A DNA stretch of 64,000 nucleotides from Candidatus Woesearchaeota archaeon (GCA_020637435.1 JACJVW010000001.1:150237-214236); one strand, 5' to 3'. Shown: positions 53,970 through 63,884, counted from the stretch's first letter. Translations and numbers: made by a program. The notes: generated by a model from the letters alone, not told the origin.

Positions 53970-54806
53970 ATGGAGATTATCTATACCATTGTCAGCGTCA
54001 TAATTGTATCACTCGTATCTGTCATATTTGCGCTGCCATTCTTCCTCCATCAGAAAATTGATAGAAGAATTCTGGTATTCCTGCTTAGTATTTCAGTGGG
54101 TGTGCTACTCAGTACGGTCTTTGTTGACCTGCTCCCTGAAGCATACGAAATGAGTTTAGAGCACGAACATCTCCAGGAGTTGGAAATCCCACAAGATGAA
54201 ACGGTGGATGAAGACCACGAAACTCACTTTAGTTTTCTACCCTTTTACATTCTAGCTGGTTTCCTACTCATGTTCATACTGGAAAAACTAGTGCATTTCC
54301 ATCATGACCATATGAAAGTAAAAGGTGACCCCGGTCATGGTCACGCTTATAGCATAGCGCCTATGAATCTTATTGGTGACGGAGTCCATAATTTCCTTGA
54401 CGGTCTGGTAATTGCTGGAGCTTATATGGTAGACATCAGTGTGGGCATCGCCGCGACAATTTCAGTCATATTCCATGAAATACCCCAGGAACTTGCAGAT
54501 TTTGGAGTACTCCTGTACTCAGGTATGAACAAGATAAAAGCACTGCTCTTTAACCTGCTCTCCTCATTGACCGCAATAGCAGGTGCAATTGTTGGTATTG
54601 TGCTTTCCAATAATATGGAGGGGTTCAGTATGTTCATTATACCCTTCGCGGCAGGAAATTTCCTGTACATTGCCGCAGCAAATCTCATACCCCAATTACA
54701 TAGGCATGAAAACATTAAAGATAGCCTATTGCATGTAGTGGCAATAATTATAGGAATCGGCATCATTGTGCTCGTCCACACCATTTCTGGCCATACTCAC
54801 GCATAA
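53970..54806 (+). CDS. ZIP-family zinc transporter (ZupT-like)
   Basis: Contains HNFLDGL, HEIPQELADFGVL and a His-rich loop (HFHHDHMKVKGDPGHGH). Confidence 0.85.
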   Translation: MEIIYTIVSVIIVSLVSVIFALPFFLHQKIDRRILVFLLSISVGVLLSTVFVDLLPEAYEMSLEHEHLQELEIPQDETVDEDHETHFSFLPFYILAGFLLMFILEKLVHFHHDHMKVKGDPGHGHAYSIAPMNLIGDGVHNFLDGLVIAGAYMVDISVGIAATISVIFHEIPQELADFGVLLYSGMNKIKALLFNLLSSLTAIAGAIVGIVLSNNMEGFSMFIIPFAAGNFLYIAAANLIPQLHRHENIKDSLLHVVAIIIGIGIIVLVHTISGHTHA

Positions 54807-54841
54807 ACAGGTTTAAATAGAGATACTTTTGCCACTCGCTC

Positions 54842-55735
54842 ATGATCATCTGGATACTGGACAAGCAGGAATCTGAATCTGAATACTCTACACAAAAGCT
54901 CATGGTCACAGGTAAAGAACGGGGCCACGAGGTGCGATTCGTCTATCCGGAACAGTGCGAACTCATCCTTGAAGACAAAGATTTCTCATTGTATTTTGAA
55001 GGCAAGAAGACCATGTTGCCAAATGTGGTGATTAGCAGGATGGGTTCATCCTCGACATATTTCTCGCTTTCACTTCTCGAACAGCTACAGCAGCTCGGAG
55101 TAAGGGTCCTTAATACGCCCCAAGGAATCTCCCGCAGCATGGATAAATTTAGAACACTCCAAATACTTGCTTCAAAAAGTATCCCTATTCCAAAAACTTT
55201 GCTTGCAAAATTCCCCATCGACCATAAACTAGTCGAACAGCAGTTTGGTTTTCCGGTCATCGTCAAATGCCTTCAGGGGTCAAAGGGCAAAGGCGTCTCT
55301 ATATGCAAGACAAGACATGAGTTCATCGATACGATGGATTTCCTCGAAGCTTCAAAATCACCTTCCGTCCAATTTCTCATCCAGGAATTCATCTCATCAA
55401 GCAAAGGAAGGGATCTACGTGCAATCGTCATAGGAAGCCGCGTCATAGGAGTCATGCTTCGCCAGGCAAGCAAAGGCAACTTCAAAGCAAATGTAGCCAG
55501 AGGCGCGAAGACGCTGGTGTATGAGAAAGACGCGGCTATCGATTGGCTCTCCACCGAATGCACCAAGATCCTCAATCTTGATATCGCAGGGATAGACATC
55601 CTCTTTAGCCAGGATGAATATGTCATTTGTGAGATCAATTCTTCACCCGGATTCCAGGGTTTTGAGAAAGCTACAGGCATCGACGTAAGCCAGGCTATCT
55701 ACGAGTTCGTTGAACTGCACAATTATTCTGCATAA
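54842..55735 (+). CDS. RimK/LysX-type ATP-grasp ligase
   Basis: ATP-grasp motifs are present: FPVIVKCLQGSKGKGV, DLRAIVIG and CEINSSPGF. Confidence 0.75.
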   Translation: MIIWILDKQESESEYSTQKLMVTGKERGHEVRFVYPEQCELILEDKDFSLYFEGKKTMLPNVVISRMGSSSTYFSLSLLEQLQQLGVRVLNTPQGISRSMDKFRTLQILASKSIPIPKTLLAKFPIDHKLVEQQFGFPVIVKCLQGSKGKGVSICKTRHEFIDTMDFLEASKSPSVQFLIQEFISSSKGRDLRAIVIGSRVIGVMLRQASKGNFKANVARGAKTLVYEKDAAIDWLSTECTKILNLDIAGIDILFSQDEYVICEINSSPGFQGFEKATGIDVSQAIYEFVELHNYSA

Positions 55736-55767
55736 GATTTATATGTAGTCTTTTCCATTCTACGATT

Positions 55768-56532
55768 ATGGAACTCATCTGGCTCATGCTCATAGCAAGC
55801 AACATCATACAGATACTGCTATTCATTCCTGCGTTCATTTTCAAAACAGATAAACTGACAGATTTGTCCTATAGCATGACCTTTATTCTACTATCGATAA
55901 TTGCATTCGTTTTTTCTACCAAGACATTTGAACATCTAGTCATCATGGTCATGGTCATCCTGTGGGGATTGCGTCTCGGATACTATCTCTTTAACAGGAT
56001 CATAAAGATGAAGATAGACCACAGGTTTGATGATTTTCGAGACAGCTTCTTCAAATTCCTGGGATTTTGGGTAATCCAGGGAGTCACGGTTTGGGTTGTC
56101 CTCATTCCCCTTTTCCTATTTATGGCATTGCCAATCCCTGCATTGAATTGGTGGGGAATATACATCTTCCTCATAGGCTTATGGATTGAAGCTATCGCAG
56201 ACCAGCAGAAATTTAATTTCAAGAGCACAGGTCAAAAAGGGTTCATCCAATCCGGTCTATGGAAATATTCAAGGCATCCAAATTACTTTGGCGAGATGCT
56301 GGTATGGGTAGGTGTCTATCTAAGCATCGCATCAGCTCTAAGTATCGGAGAAGCGGTCATCGGCCTCATAAGTCCCTTATTCATAATATCGTTGCTCCTC
56401 TTCTTTAGCGGCATCCCTCCTCTGGAAAGAAGTCACCTAAAGAAGTACGGAAAAGCATACAAAGAATACCAGCTTTCCACAAGTCTGCTGATTCCTATGC
56501 CAAAAAAGAAGCCAAATCACCTAAACAGGTAG
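55768..56532 (+). CDS. DUF1295 / steroid 5-alpha-reductase-like membrane protein
   Basis: WKYSRHPNYFGEMLVWVG is the hallmark motif of the family. Confidence 0.75.
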   Translation: MELIWLMLIASNIIQILLFIPAFIFKTDKLTDLSYSMTFILLSIIAFVFSTKTFEHLVIMVMVILWGLRLGYYLFNRIIKMKIDHRFDDFRDSFFKFLGFWVIQGVTVWVVLIPLFLFMALPIPALNWWGIYIFLIGLWIEAIADQQKFNFKSTGQKGFIQSGLWKYSRHPNYFGEMLVWVGVYLSIASALSIGEAVIGLISPLFIISLLLFFSGIPPLERSHLKKYGKAYKEYQLSTSLLIPMPKKKPNHLNR

Positions 56533-57476
56533 TGATACACTTGCCACTCCTTACCCTGATCATATCCGAATAATTCTGAGACAGCAATAAAGAAGACACG
56601 CCAGTTATTGAACCACAAAACAGAATCCTTTCCATAGACCTCCTTGAAAAGCTCAAGAACCTTGTCCCTATTCGCATCCAGGCGTGCAAGCCAGGCGTCA
56701 GACGTATCCCTATAATGTTTCCCGTTGACAGTCCAAAGTTTCTCCAACACAAAGTCCTCAGCCATAGTAGGGAGCAGCTTCTTTGAGGGCATTGTTCCGC
56801 CGGTAAAGAAATTCCGGGTCATCCAGCCTTCTTCGTACAGCATCGCGTGGCTATGATGTCCAAATACATGGATGAACATCTTCCCGGCGCAAAGTGGCCG
56901 AAGCCATCTGAACAGTTCTCCATAATTTCTCATATGCTCAAACATCTCGATAGAGACGATCCGATCAAACGTACCCCCAACTGAAAGTTCGTTTACATCC
57001 TGGGTCAGAACCTCTACATTCGGCAGTCCATAGCTCATAATGTGCTCACGTTGGGAGTTAGAATTTGACACTGCTGTTATTTTACTTGCAGGATAATGCT
57101 CCGCCATATACTTAGTAAGTGAACCCCATCCGCAACCAAGCTCCAAAATCCGTTGCCCATCCTCAAGCTCTGCCCGCTCACACGTCATACGCAACATTTC
57201 TTCCTCAGCATCAGCTAAAGTCATACCATTTCGAAAATAGCAACAGCTATACTTGTATCTTGGGCCAAGCACAAGTTCAAAAAATCTTGCTGGAACCTCG
57301 TAGTGCTGCTCATTCGCTTTTGCTGTATGCGTGGCGACAGCGCTTAAACGAAGCTCCTTGAGGAGAGATGCCTGCGAAACATCCTTTGCATGAGCTAGCA
57401 TTCGCCCGCACATATACCTTGAACCGACTCGCAATAAAGGATCCGGAAGTACTCCTGAGGCTAATAACCAATCCAT
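56517..57476 (-). CDS. cfa: cyclopropane-fatty-acyl-phospholipid synthase family methyltransferase
   Basis: Contains ANEQHYEVPARFFELVLGPRYKYSCCYF, the SAM motif ILELGCGWGSL, and VSIEMFEHM. Confidence 0.85.
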   Translation of the reverse strand: MDWLLASGVLPDPLLRVGSRYMCGRMLAHAKDVSQASLLKELRLSAVATHTAKANEQHYEVPARFFELVLGPRYKYSCCYFRNGMTLADAEEEMLRMTCERAELEDGQRILELGCGWGSLTKYMAEHYPASKITAVSNSNSQREHIMSYGLPNVEVLTQDVNELSVGGTFDRIVSIEMFEHMRNYGELFRWLRPLCAGKMFIHVFGHHSHAMLYEEGWMTRNFFTGGTMPSKKLLPTMAEDFVLEKLWTVNGKHYRDTSDAWLARLDANRDKVLELFKEVYGKDSVLWFNNWRVFFIAVSELFGYDQGKEWQVYHYLFR

Positions 57477-57564
57477 GTGGAGCAGAAATCCTAATTGATT
57501 TATAGGTCTTACGGGCTAGGTAAACTCCATAAGCTTTATAGATGAAAAAACACTCTTCTGCCTG

Positions 57565-58749
57565 ATGAAAGCTATAGAATGGCTGCTGGAAAAACTGGCC
57601 AGAGCGCAGTACAGGTTTCCGGCAATAATCCTCATCATATTCACTATTTTCTCCATAATTATGGGCCTGGGACTTCCAAAAGTGCATCTTGAAAGCGATT
57701 TTGATGTGCTCATGCCACAGGATATTCCTATCGCACAGCTCAATCAACGTATCGACGACACTTTCGGCGGTCAAGACACCGTATTCGTTCTGCTCCAGCT
57801 TGACGATACGCTTGAGACAGACAGCTCTATCAAGGATATTCGTGACCCGCTCATAATGCAGTATGTCATGCTGCTAGAGAATCGCATAAAAGAGCAGAGC
57901 ATGGTCGAGAATGTGGCATCAGTCTCACCTGCCTTCAAAGATATGTTGCCTTGGCAGTGGACCCCTGATTTTGTAAGATTCAAGCTTGACCAGTACGCGG
58001 CTACCTCATCGTTCATTAGTGAAGATCTAAAAAAGACCATACTTATCGTCACGGCAGACATTGGAGGAGGCGACAAAGGTGTTCAAAACCTAAACGAACT
58101 CGTTGAAGAAGAGCTCAAAGCCATCTCTAAACCGCCGGGTGTTGACATCATCATCACAGGCACACCGCAGATCCAGGCGACCGTCATCCAACTTCTCAAA
58201 CGTGATTCAGTCTACACCCTGCTCATAGCTTCAGGTATCATCATCATCCTGCTCTGGATACTTCAGCGTTCATTCAAAAGAGCACTCGTCATCTACACAC
58301 CCATCCTGCTAAGTATTCTCTGGACGCTTGGAGCAATGGGACATTTCGGCATCTCCCTCTCCATTGTAACCGCCGGACTTGGAGCGATGATACTTGGACT
58401 CGGTGTAGAATATGGGGTATTCATACTTACCAGATACCGCGAAGAACGCCATAAGGGTGCTAATCAGGAACAGGCATTACGAGCATCCGTTCCTGGTGTA
58501 GGCTCAGCTATTCTTGGCTCAGGTTCCACCACCATCATCGGATTTCTAGCGCTAACCCTTTCTGTCCTGCCGATGCTTGCTCTGCTTGGATTAAGCCTGG
58601 CAATTGGTATTTTCTTCTCCATCATAGCAGCAGTAGTTGTAGAACCGGTCATCATTATCTACAAAGAAAGGCTTGAACATTACTTTGCTAAACGACAAAA
58701 ATTAGCGCTCAAACAAAAAGAAAAAGAGATGAGGGAGATGCCGCTATGA
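57565..58749 (+). CDS. RND-superfamily (MMPL/COG1033-type) exporter, first half
   Basis: One TM helix is followed by an extracytoplasmic domain (ESDFDVLMPQDIPIAQLNQRIDDTFGG) and a 5-TM bundle. It overlaps the second half by 4 nt. Confidence 0.7.
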   Translation: MKAIEWLLEKLARAQYRFPAIILIIFTIFSIIMGLGLPKVHLESDFDVLMPQDIPIAQLNQRIDDTFGGQDTVFVLLQLDDTLETDSSIKDIRDPLIMQYVMLLENRIKEQSMVENVASVSPAFKDMLPWQWTPDFVRFKLDQYAATSSFISEDLKKTILIVTADIGGGDKGVQNLNELVEEELKAISKPPGVDIIITGTPQIQATVIQLLKRDSVYTLLIASGIIIILLWILQRSFKRALVIYTPILLSILWTLGAMGHFGISLSIVTAGLGAMILGLGVEYGVFILTRYREERHKGANQEQALRASVPGVGSAILGSGSTTIIGFLALTLSVLPMLALLGLSLAIGIFFSIIAAVVVEPVIIIYKERLEHYFAKRQKLALKQKEKEMREMPL

Positions 58750-59864
58750 AATGGGTTGACCATTACGCAAAAGCGGTGTCCAACCACCCATTTATCGTGC
58801 TCGTGCTTGTCGTAATTATCACGCTTGCCGCAAATCAGGCGTCCCAAAATGTTGGTACAAAATCAATGGACAACAAAGACATGATTCCTGATACCTATCC
58901 CGTCATCAATGCCTTTGGCGTCATTGAAGACACCTTTGGGGGTAGTGATTCCGTCATGATTGCAGTCGAAACATCCAGAGATATTCGCGACCCGGAAATT
59001 ATACAGTACATCTACACACTCACTAAACTTTCAGAACGTGTTGATGATGTCCAGTCTGCAACCAGCGTAGGCACAATCCTCACGCAGATGAACAATGATA
59101 CCGTGCCCTCTGACAGATACGTCATTCGTGACCTTATAGAAGAGAACCCAATACTAACCAGATACATCTCAGACGATTTCGGCATGGCCATCATTCGCAT
59201 TTCTCTTGAAGACCAGTATGACGCTAATGATATCGCAGTCGACCTACAAACACTCATAGGCGACCTCCCTATCCCTAATGGACTTGAAGTCGCACCAGCT
59301 GGAGAAATTGTGATGGACCCAATAATTGAACAGGAAATCGGACCAGACATGCAGCGCACATCCCAGTTTTCCATGATAGGTATCATCATAGTACTCTTCC
59401 TGCTCTTCTTCTCAATAAGATATGCACTAACCCCGCTAGTCGTCATCGTACTTGGCATAGCTTGGGCATTCGGCTACTTCGGCCTGGTAGGTATTAACCT
59501 AAGCCCGCAGACCTCAGGAGCGATCTCCATGATTATGGGTATCGGCATAGACTTCGGCATCCAGATAATTGCAAGGTTCCGCCAGGAGCTTCGTAATTTC
59601 AAACCAAAGGAAGCGATGCGCATAACCATGAACCAAGTATTCATACCTATGAGCACCACAACCATAGCAGCCCTTATTGGATTCAAAGCCATGTCCATGG
59701 GAGAGCTAAGCGTACTGCAGGAGTTGGCCACCATCATGGGTTATGGTGTATTCTTCTGCTTCCTTGCAGCTATCACAGTCGTACCTGCAGTCGCCGTACT
59801 TGGCGACGAAATCAATACCAAAGTGAAACTTTGGTTCAATAAAACAATAAAGGTGAAATCATGA
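58746..59864 (+). CDS. RND-superfamily (MMPL/COG1033-type) exporter, second half
   Basis: It has the same 1 TM + loop + 5 TM organisation as the first half (DMIPDTYPVINAFGVIEDTFGG). Confidence 0.7.
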   Translation: MKWVDHYAKAVSNHPFIVLVLVVIITLAANQASQNVGTKSMDNKDMIPDTYPVINAFGVIEDTFGGSDSVMIAVETSRDIRDPEIIQYIYTLTKLSERVDDVQSATSVGTILTQMNNDTVPSDRYVIRDLIEENPILTRYISDDFGMAIIRISLEDQYDANDIAVDLQTLIGDLPIPNGLEVAPAGEIVMDPIIEQEIGPDMQRTSQFSMIGIIIVLFLLFFSIRYALTPLVVIVLGIAWAFGYFGLVGINLSPQTSGAISMIMGIGIDFGIQIIARFRQELRNFKPKEAMRITMNQVFIPMSTTTIAALIGFKAMSMGELSVLQELATIMGYGVFFCFLAAITVVPAVAVLGDEINTKVKLWFNKTIKVKS

Positions 59865-61096
59865 ATAAAGGACTAATGGTAACTCTACTTATCGGACTAA
59901 TGGTTGCTACCACTGTTTCGGCTGCCGATTTTTCACAGCTGAGGATCAACCTTCTTAATCAGGACCCGGACCCCGCGAAACAGGGGGAATACCTTGAACT
60001 TAGGTTTAAGGTAGAGAAACTCGGAAATGACAAGATAGAAGATGTGACCTTTGAATTGGATACAGAATATCCCTTCTCTTTTGATGGCACAGACCAACCT
60101 ATAAAAAAACTTGGAAGTTGGATAGGCTACTCTGATAATGAGGAATTCTACACCCTCTACTACAAAATCCGCTTAGCTGATGATGCACTTGAAGGCACCT
60201 ATGATATTCCTCTCCACGTGTCTCACAAAAACCTTCCCGAACAGACCCAGGAGTTCGCTATTCGTGTTGATGAAAAGAAAGAATCCTCCTTTGTAGTTGG
60301 GAATATGCAGACCTCTCCAAGAAAACTAGTAGCTGATACAGATGAAGCCCAGCTCGAGATTGATATAGAAAACATAGGTGACGAGAACGCTGAACACATG
60401 CAAGTCACTCTAAATCTGCCGGAAGGAATTGAAGCATCTTATTCCTATGCAGACCGGGAGAATCTGGGAACCGTCGAGGCTGGTGCGAGTAAGACAGCAA
60501 CCTTCTACATCGATATTCCAGAAGACATCGAAGCCGGTGCCTATGATGCGTCACTCACATTAAAATTCAAAGAAGCAGATGATGATGACAATGTGTACTT
60601 GACTAAAGTGATACCTATCCAGATTCCCATCAAAGACCGACCTAAGCTCGAACTGGTCAGTTACGAAGTACAGCCGCAAAAACTAGAGCCTGGACAGATA
60701 GGTAAAATCATGCTGAAGCTCGCCAATGTTGGCGGCAAAGAAGCAGAGTCTGTCTCCGTTAAGGCCTTCAAAGACAGTACCCAACCATTTGACTATGAAG
60801 AGAAATCAGATTTTGTAGGCAACCTGGATGCAGGAGAGGAAGGCGAAGCAGTCATTGTCTTTGAAGTTGAGCCTGAAGCTAACGCAAAAGAATACCAACT
60901 TGACCTTGAGATGCGAACCGTTTATGAAAACGAAGTGCTCATCTTCAAAGACGATATCATAGTGCAGGTTGTCGAAGCGGAGAAGAACGACAGCGTGCCG
61001 CAGGCGTCTATAGGCATAGGCATCGTTGTAGCCATTGTCGTGGTAGGTCTGATTGCTTTTTTCACCCTTAAAGGCAGTAAGAAGAAGAAAAAATAA
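59861..61096 (+). CDS. S-layer-domain/CARDB-like surface protein (COG1361-type) with C-terminal anchor
   Basis: It has a signal peptide, then repeated beta-sandwich modules (ELRFKVEKLGNDKIEDVTFEL, IDIENIGDENAEHMQVTL, IMLKLANVGGKEAESVSV). A C-terminal TM helix is followed by KKKKK. Confidence 0.6.
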   Translation: MNKGLMVTLLIGLMVATTVSAADFSQLRINLLNQDPDPAKQGEYLELRFKVEKLGNDKIEDVTFELDTEYPFSFDGTDQPIKKLGSWIGYSDNEEFYTLYYKIRLADDALEGTYDIPLHVSHKNLPEQTQEFAIRVDEKKESSFVVGNMQTSPRKLVADTDEAQLEIDIENIGDENAEHMQVTLNLPEGIEASYSYADRENLGTVEAGASKTATFYIDIPEDIEAGAYDASLTLKFKEADDDDNVYLTKVIPIQIPIKDRPKLELVSYEVQPQKLEPGQIGKIMLKLANVGGKEAESVSVKAFKDSTQPFDYEEKSDFVGNLDAGEEGEAVIVFEVEPEANAKEYQLDLEMRTVYENEVLIFKDDIIVQVVEAEKNDSVPQASIGIGIVVAIVVVGLIAFFTLKGSKKKKK

Positions 61097-61105
61097 ATTT
61101 TTCTT

Positions 61106-61128
61106 GGACAAAGATGTCCGTTATTTTT
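61106..61128 (+). terminator. possible terminator: short hairpin plus T-tract between convergent genes
   Basis: GGACA-aaga-TGTCC (61106-61119) is followed by TTATTTTT. Confidence 0.3.
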
Positions 61129-61152
61129 GATTATTATTATAGAAATCGAAAT

Positions 61153-62454
61153 TTATATCTCGCGAAGATAACCCCAGTTATGCAGTTTATCGCTGTCTTC
61201 GAACCATCGGTTGCCTATATCGTTCCGGTAATACATGTGCGGAACCGAGATCTGCTTGATCCTCTGGTAAACTTGTGACTGCGCTTGCTTCATCGTCTGG
61301 CCGCAGCCGCAGATGACGAGGATGACTCCGCTCTCTCCGGTGACGACCCATTCTCCGTTGACCAGCTTGATATCCTCAAAATGGACACCCTGCACGTTAC
61401 CTTTGAAATAGACGATGGAATCTTTTGACTTCACTTCGAAGGTCTCCTTATCCGTGAAAGGGAAAGGAGGCACGACGATACGCACACCTATCTGGAAACC
61501 TGCCTTTGTCTTCAGCTGAGGCTTCTCTCCATTCGCCAGAGCGTTGAAGAAATCGCCTATCGGAGTGACCATACCCTCTTCCTGGATGATGATTGTGGGG
61601 TACCCAAACCTGCTGGTAAATTCTAGCGGATAGATACCTTTGCCGTTAACGATGCAGTTAAGATCGATATATCCGACAAATCCCTCCTCAGCAAGCTTCG
61701 GTTCCATCTTCTTAAGCGTCAGTGAGAATAGCTTGTTTGGACCTGACCAGAACATAGCAGTGCCCATCTCGCCTGTTGACGGACCAAGATTTCCTGGAAA
61801 AAGTTTCTTGTGCTCAAAATTGACATTGATGGGATAGATGAATTCCTTGCCGTTGAAAAACGCGCCTACGGCGACCTCTACACCAGTGATACGTTTCTGC
61901 AGCTGGAAGGTAGGGATTTTGTCTGCCCAAGCTTTCTTGTAATCCTCAAGCACCTGGATAACATCCCTGCCGTCATCCTCCTCGCCGATGAAGAGAAGAC
62001 CTTTCAGGTTTGCGGCTTCACCGCAGGGTTTCATCACATAGCGGTCGGGCTGGACACGGATGTATGTGATTGCTTCATCAAAGTTTGAGAAGATCTTGTA
62101 AGGAAGGATATGGACGCCAAGCTTGCGAAGCTCCTCCTGTCCAAACTCACGGTCATCCTCAAGCTGGTCAGTGTACGGTGTGCCACCGATAACTGCCTTG
62201 CCTGCATCCCGAAGCCTCTTTGCAATAGCACCCTGGCCAAGCACATCATCAAACACAATAACGTCCGCCCAGTCAACATGCGGTTCCCAGGAATCGACCA
62301 TGTCGATAAAACCGGCACCGACCTCTTTGTCACTTTTCTCCTTGACATAGTACTTCACTTCATGGCCCTGGAGCTTGATCCTCCAGGCAATATCAGCGAT
62401 AAGGCTGTCCAGAGTGATGAAGAGAAACTTTCTTGGTGTTGTTGTCATATTCAT
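61153..62454 (-). CDS. PurD-like ATP-grasp enzyme (phosphoribosylamine-glycine ligase family, divergent)
   Basis: The central ATP-grasp region is YVMKPCGEAANLKGLLF. FEHKKLFPGNLGPSTGEMGT matches the PurD hK....g..GpnTGGMG motif. The N-terminus is atypical. Confidence 0.55.
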   Translation of the reverse strand: MNMTTTPRKFLFITLDSLIADIAWRIKLQGHEVKYYVKEKSDKEVGAGFIDMVDSWEPHVDWADVIVFDDVLGQGAIAKRLRDAGKAVIGGTPYTDQLEDDREFGQEELRKLGVHILPYKIFSNFDEAITYIRVQPDRYVMKPCGEAANLKGLLFIGEEDDGRDVIQVLEDYKKAWADKIPTFQLQKRITGVEVAVGAFFNGKEFIYPINVNFEHKKLFPGNLGPSTGEMGTAMFWSGPNKLFSLTLKKMEPKLAEEGFVGYIDLNCIVNGKGIYPLEFTSRFGYPTIIIQEEGMVTPIGDFFNALANGEKPQLKTKAGFQIGVRIVVPPFPFTDKETFEVKSKDSIVYFKGNVQGVHFEDIKLVNGEWVVTGESGVILVICGCGQTMKQAQSQVYQRIKQISVPHMYYRNDIGNRWFEDSDKLHNWGYLREI

Positions 62455-62492
62455 GGCACACGGCTAAGAGAAACTTGTATTTAAAATAGTAC

Positions 62493-63884
62493 TCAAAATC
62501 CGTAGAGAGGGCCGAACTTATCTTTAAGGTAAGAAGTGAAAGCACTCGCATCAAGCGGCGCCCCGGTTGCCGTCGTGATGATGTCCTCAGCAGATCTCGT
62601 CCTGCCGTATCTGTAGACATGTTCGGTGAGCCATACCGTAAAGGGGGTAAAGTCAAGACGCTTCATACATGCCCCCATCTGAACCTGCTTTCGCATAGCG
62701 GCTGACAATTGTGCGGCATAGATCATACCGATAGCATAGCTGGGAAAATAGCCAAAGTCTCCGGTCGCCCAATGGATATCTTGCAAAATACCCTCATTGT
62801 CATTCCTGGGCTTAAGACCAAAAAGCTCATAGAATCGTTTGTTCCAATAATCCTTCGCTTCCTTCACCTGCAGTGTGCCGTTGATAAGACCCCTCTCTAT
62901 CTCATATCTAAGGATAATATGTAGGCAATACGTCAACTCATCTGCATTGACCCGTATGTATGATGGCCGGACCTGATTGACCAGTCTAAAGACCTTCTCA
63001 GCGGTGTAGCCATGGATATGCCTGCGAAAGACAGAGATATACGCTTCCCAGAATGCTTTGCTCCTGCAGATGGTATGCTCCCAGAACATAGCCTGAGATT
63101 CATCAAGACCATAGCTGGTCGCACCATAGAGAAGAGTATAACCGTACGATGTAGGTAACCCAAGACCGTACAGAGCGTGCCCCGCTTCATGAGCCATATT
63201 AAAGAATGATTCATCGAACTGCGCATATCTTGTAGCAATTCTCACATCGCCCGGGCCGATGATCGTCGTGAAAGGATGCTGCGCAAGACTCACAGAAAGC
63301 TCATCCTTGCCGATGCCTATTCGCTTAAGTAGGTCATGCACCAGCCGCTCCTGAGACTTGCGGTCAGCTTTAATATGGTCAGGATGTGTAGGTTTAATCT
63401 TTTTGAGCATAGCTGAAAGGTCTGTAGCTAATGGACCGAAGAGTGCATCAAGCTTCTTTGTGTTCATCCCTTCTTCATATTCCTGCAACAATGCGTCATA
63501 CGGATTTATGGGATCGATAAGGTTTCCGATACGTCGCTTTATCTCAACCATCCTTTTAAGCGAGGGTTGAAACAAGGTATAGTCATTCATCTTCCTGGCG
63601 TATTTCCAGGATGAGGTCGCCTTGACCACTTCGGAGACTACTCGTCGCACAACACTTGTCGAAAGTTGTCTCTGACGCTTGTAGACCTTAGACTGCTCAA
63701 GGATCATCGTGTTGAAACGATGGCCGTATCTGTCATACGTAGGGATAGGCGCCGCACGAACAAACCGGTCATGGATGAGCTGCTGCAGAAGTTCTCCCTG
63801 ATACTCTCGGGTCTGTGTCCCGTTAGATGGCATGATAGTGTTCTGATCCCAGTCAAGCACAAGCCATGTACCCTTTAATTGCAT
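62493..63884 (-). CDS. M32 carboxypeptidase (carboxypeptidase Taq family)
   Basis: Contains HEAGHALY, DELTY and IHWATGDFGYFPSY. The frame stays open upstream of ATG 63884 to the window edge, so the true start may lie beyond 64000. Confidence 0.85.
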   Translation of the reverse strand: MQLKGTWLVLDWDQNTIMPSNGTQTREYQGELLQQLIHDRFVRAAPIPTYDRYGHRFNTMILEQSKVYKRQRQLSTSVVRRVVSEVVKATSSWKYARKMNDYTLFQPSLKRMVEIKRRIGNLIDPINPYDALLQEYEEGMNTKKLDALFGPLATDLSAMLKKIKPTHPDHIKADRKSQERLVHDLLKRIGIGKDELSVSLAQHPFTTIIGPGDVRIATRYAQFDESFFNMAHEAGHALYGLGLPTSYGYTLLYGATSYGLDESQAMFWEHTICRSKAFWEAYISVFRRHIHGYTAEKVFRLVNQVRPSYIRVNADELTYCLHIILRYEIERGLINGTLQVKEAKDYWNKRFYELFGLKPRNDNEGILQDIHWATGDFGYFPSYAIGMIYAAQLSAAMRKQVQMGACMKRLDFTPFTVWLTEHVYRYGRTRSAEDIITTATGAPLDASAFTSYLKDKFGPLYGF

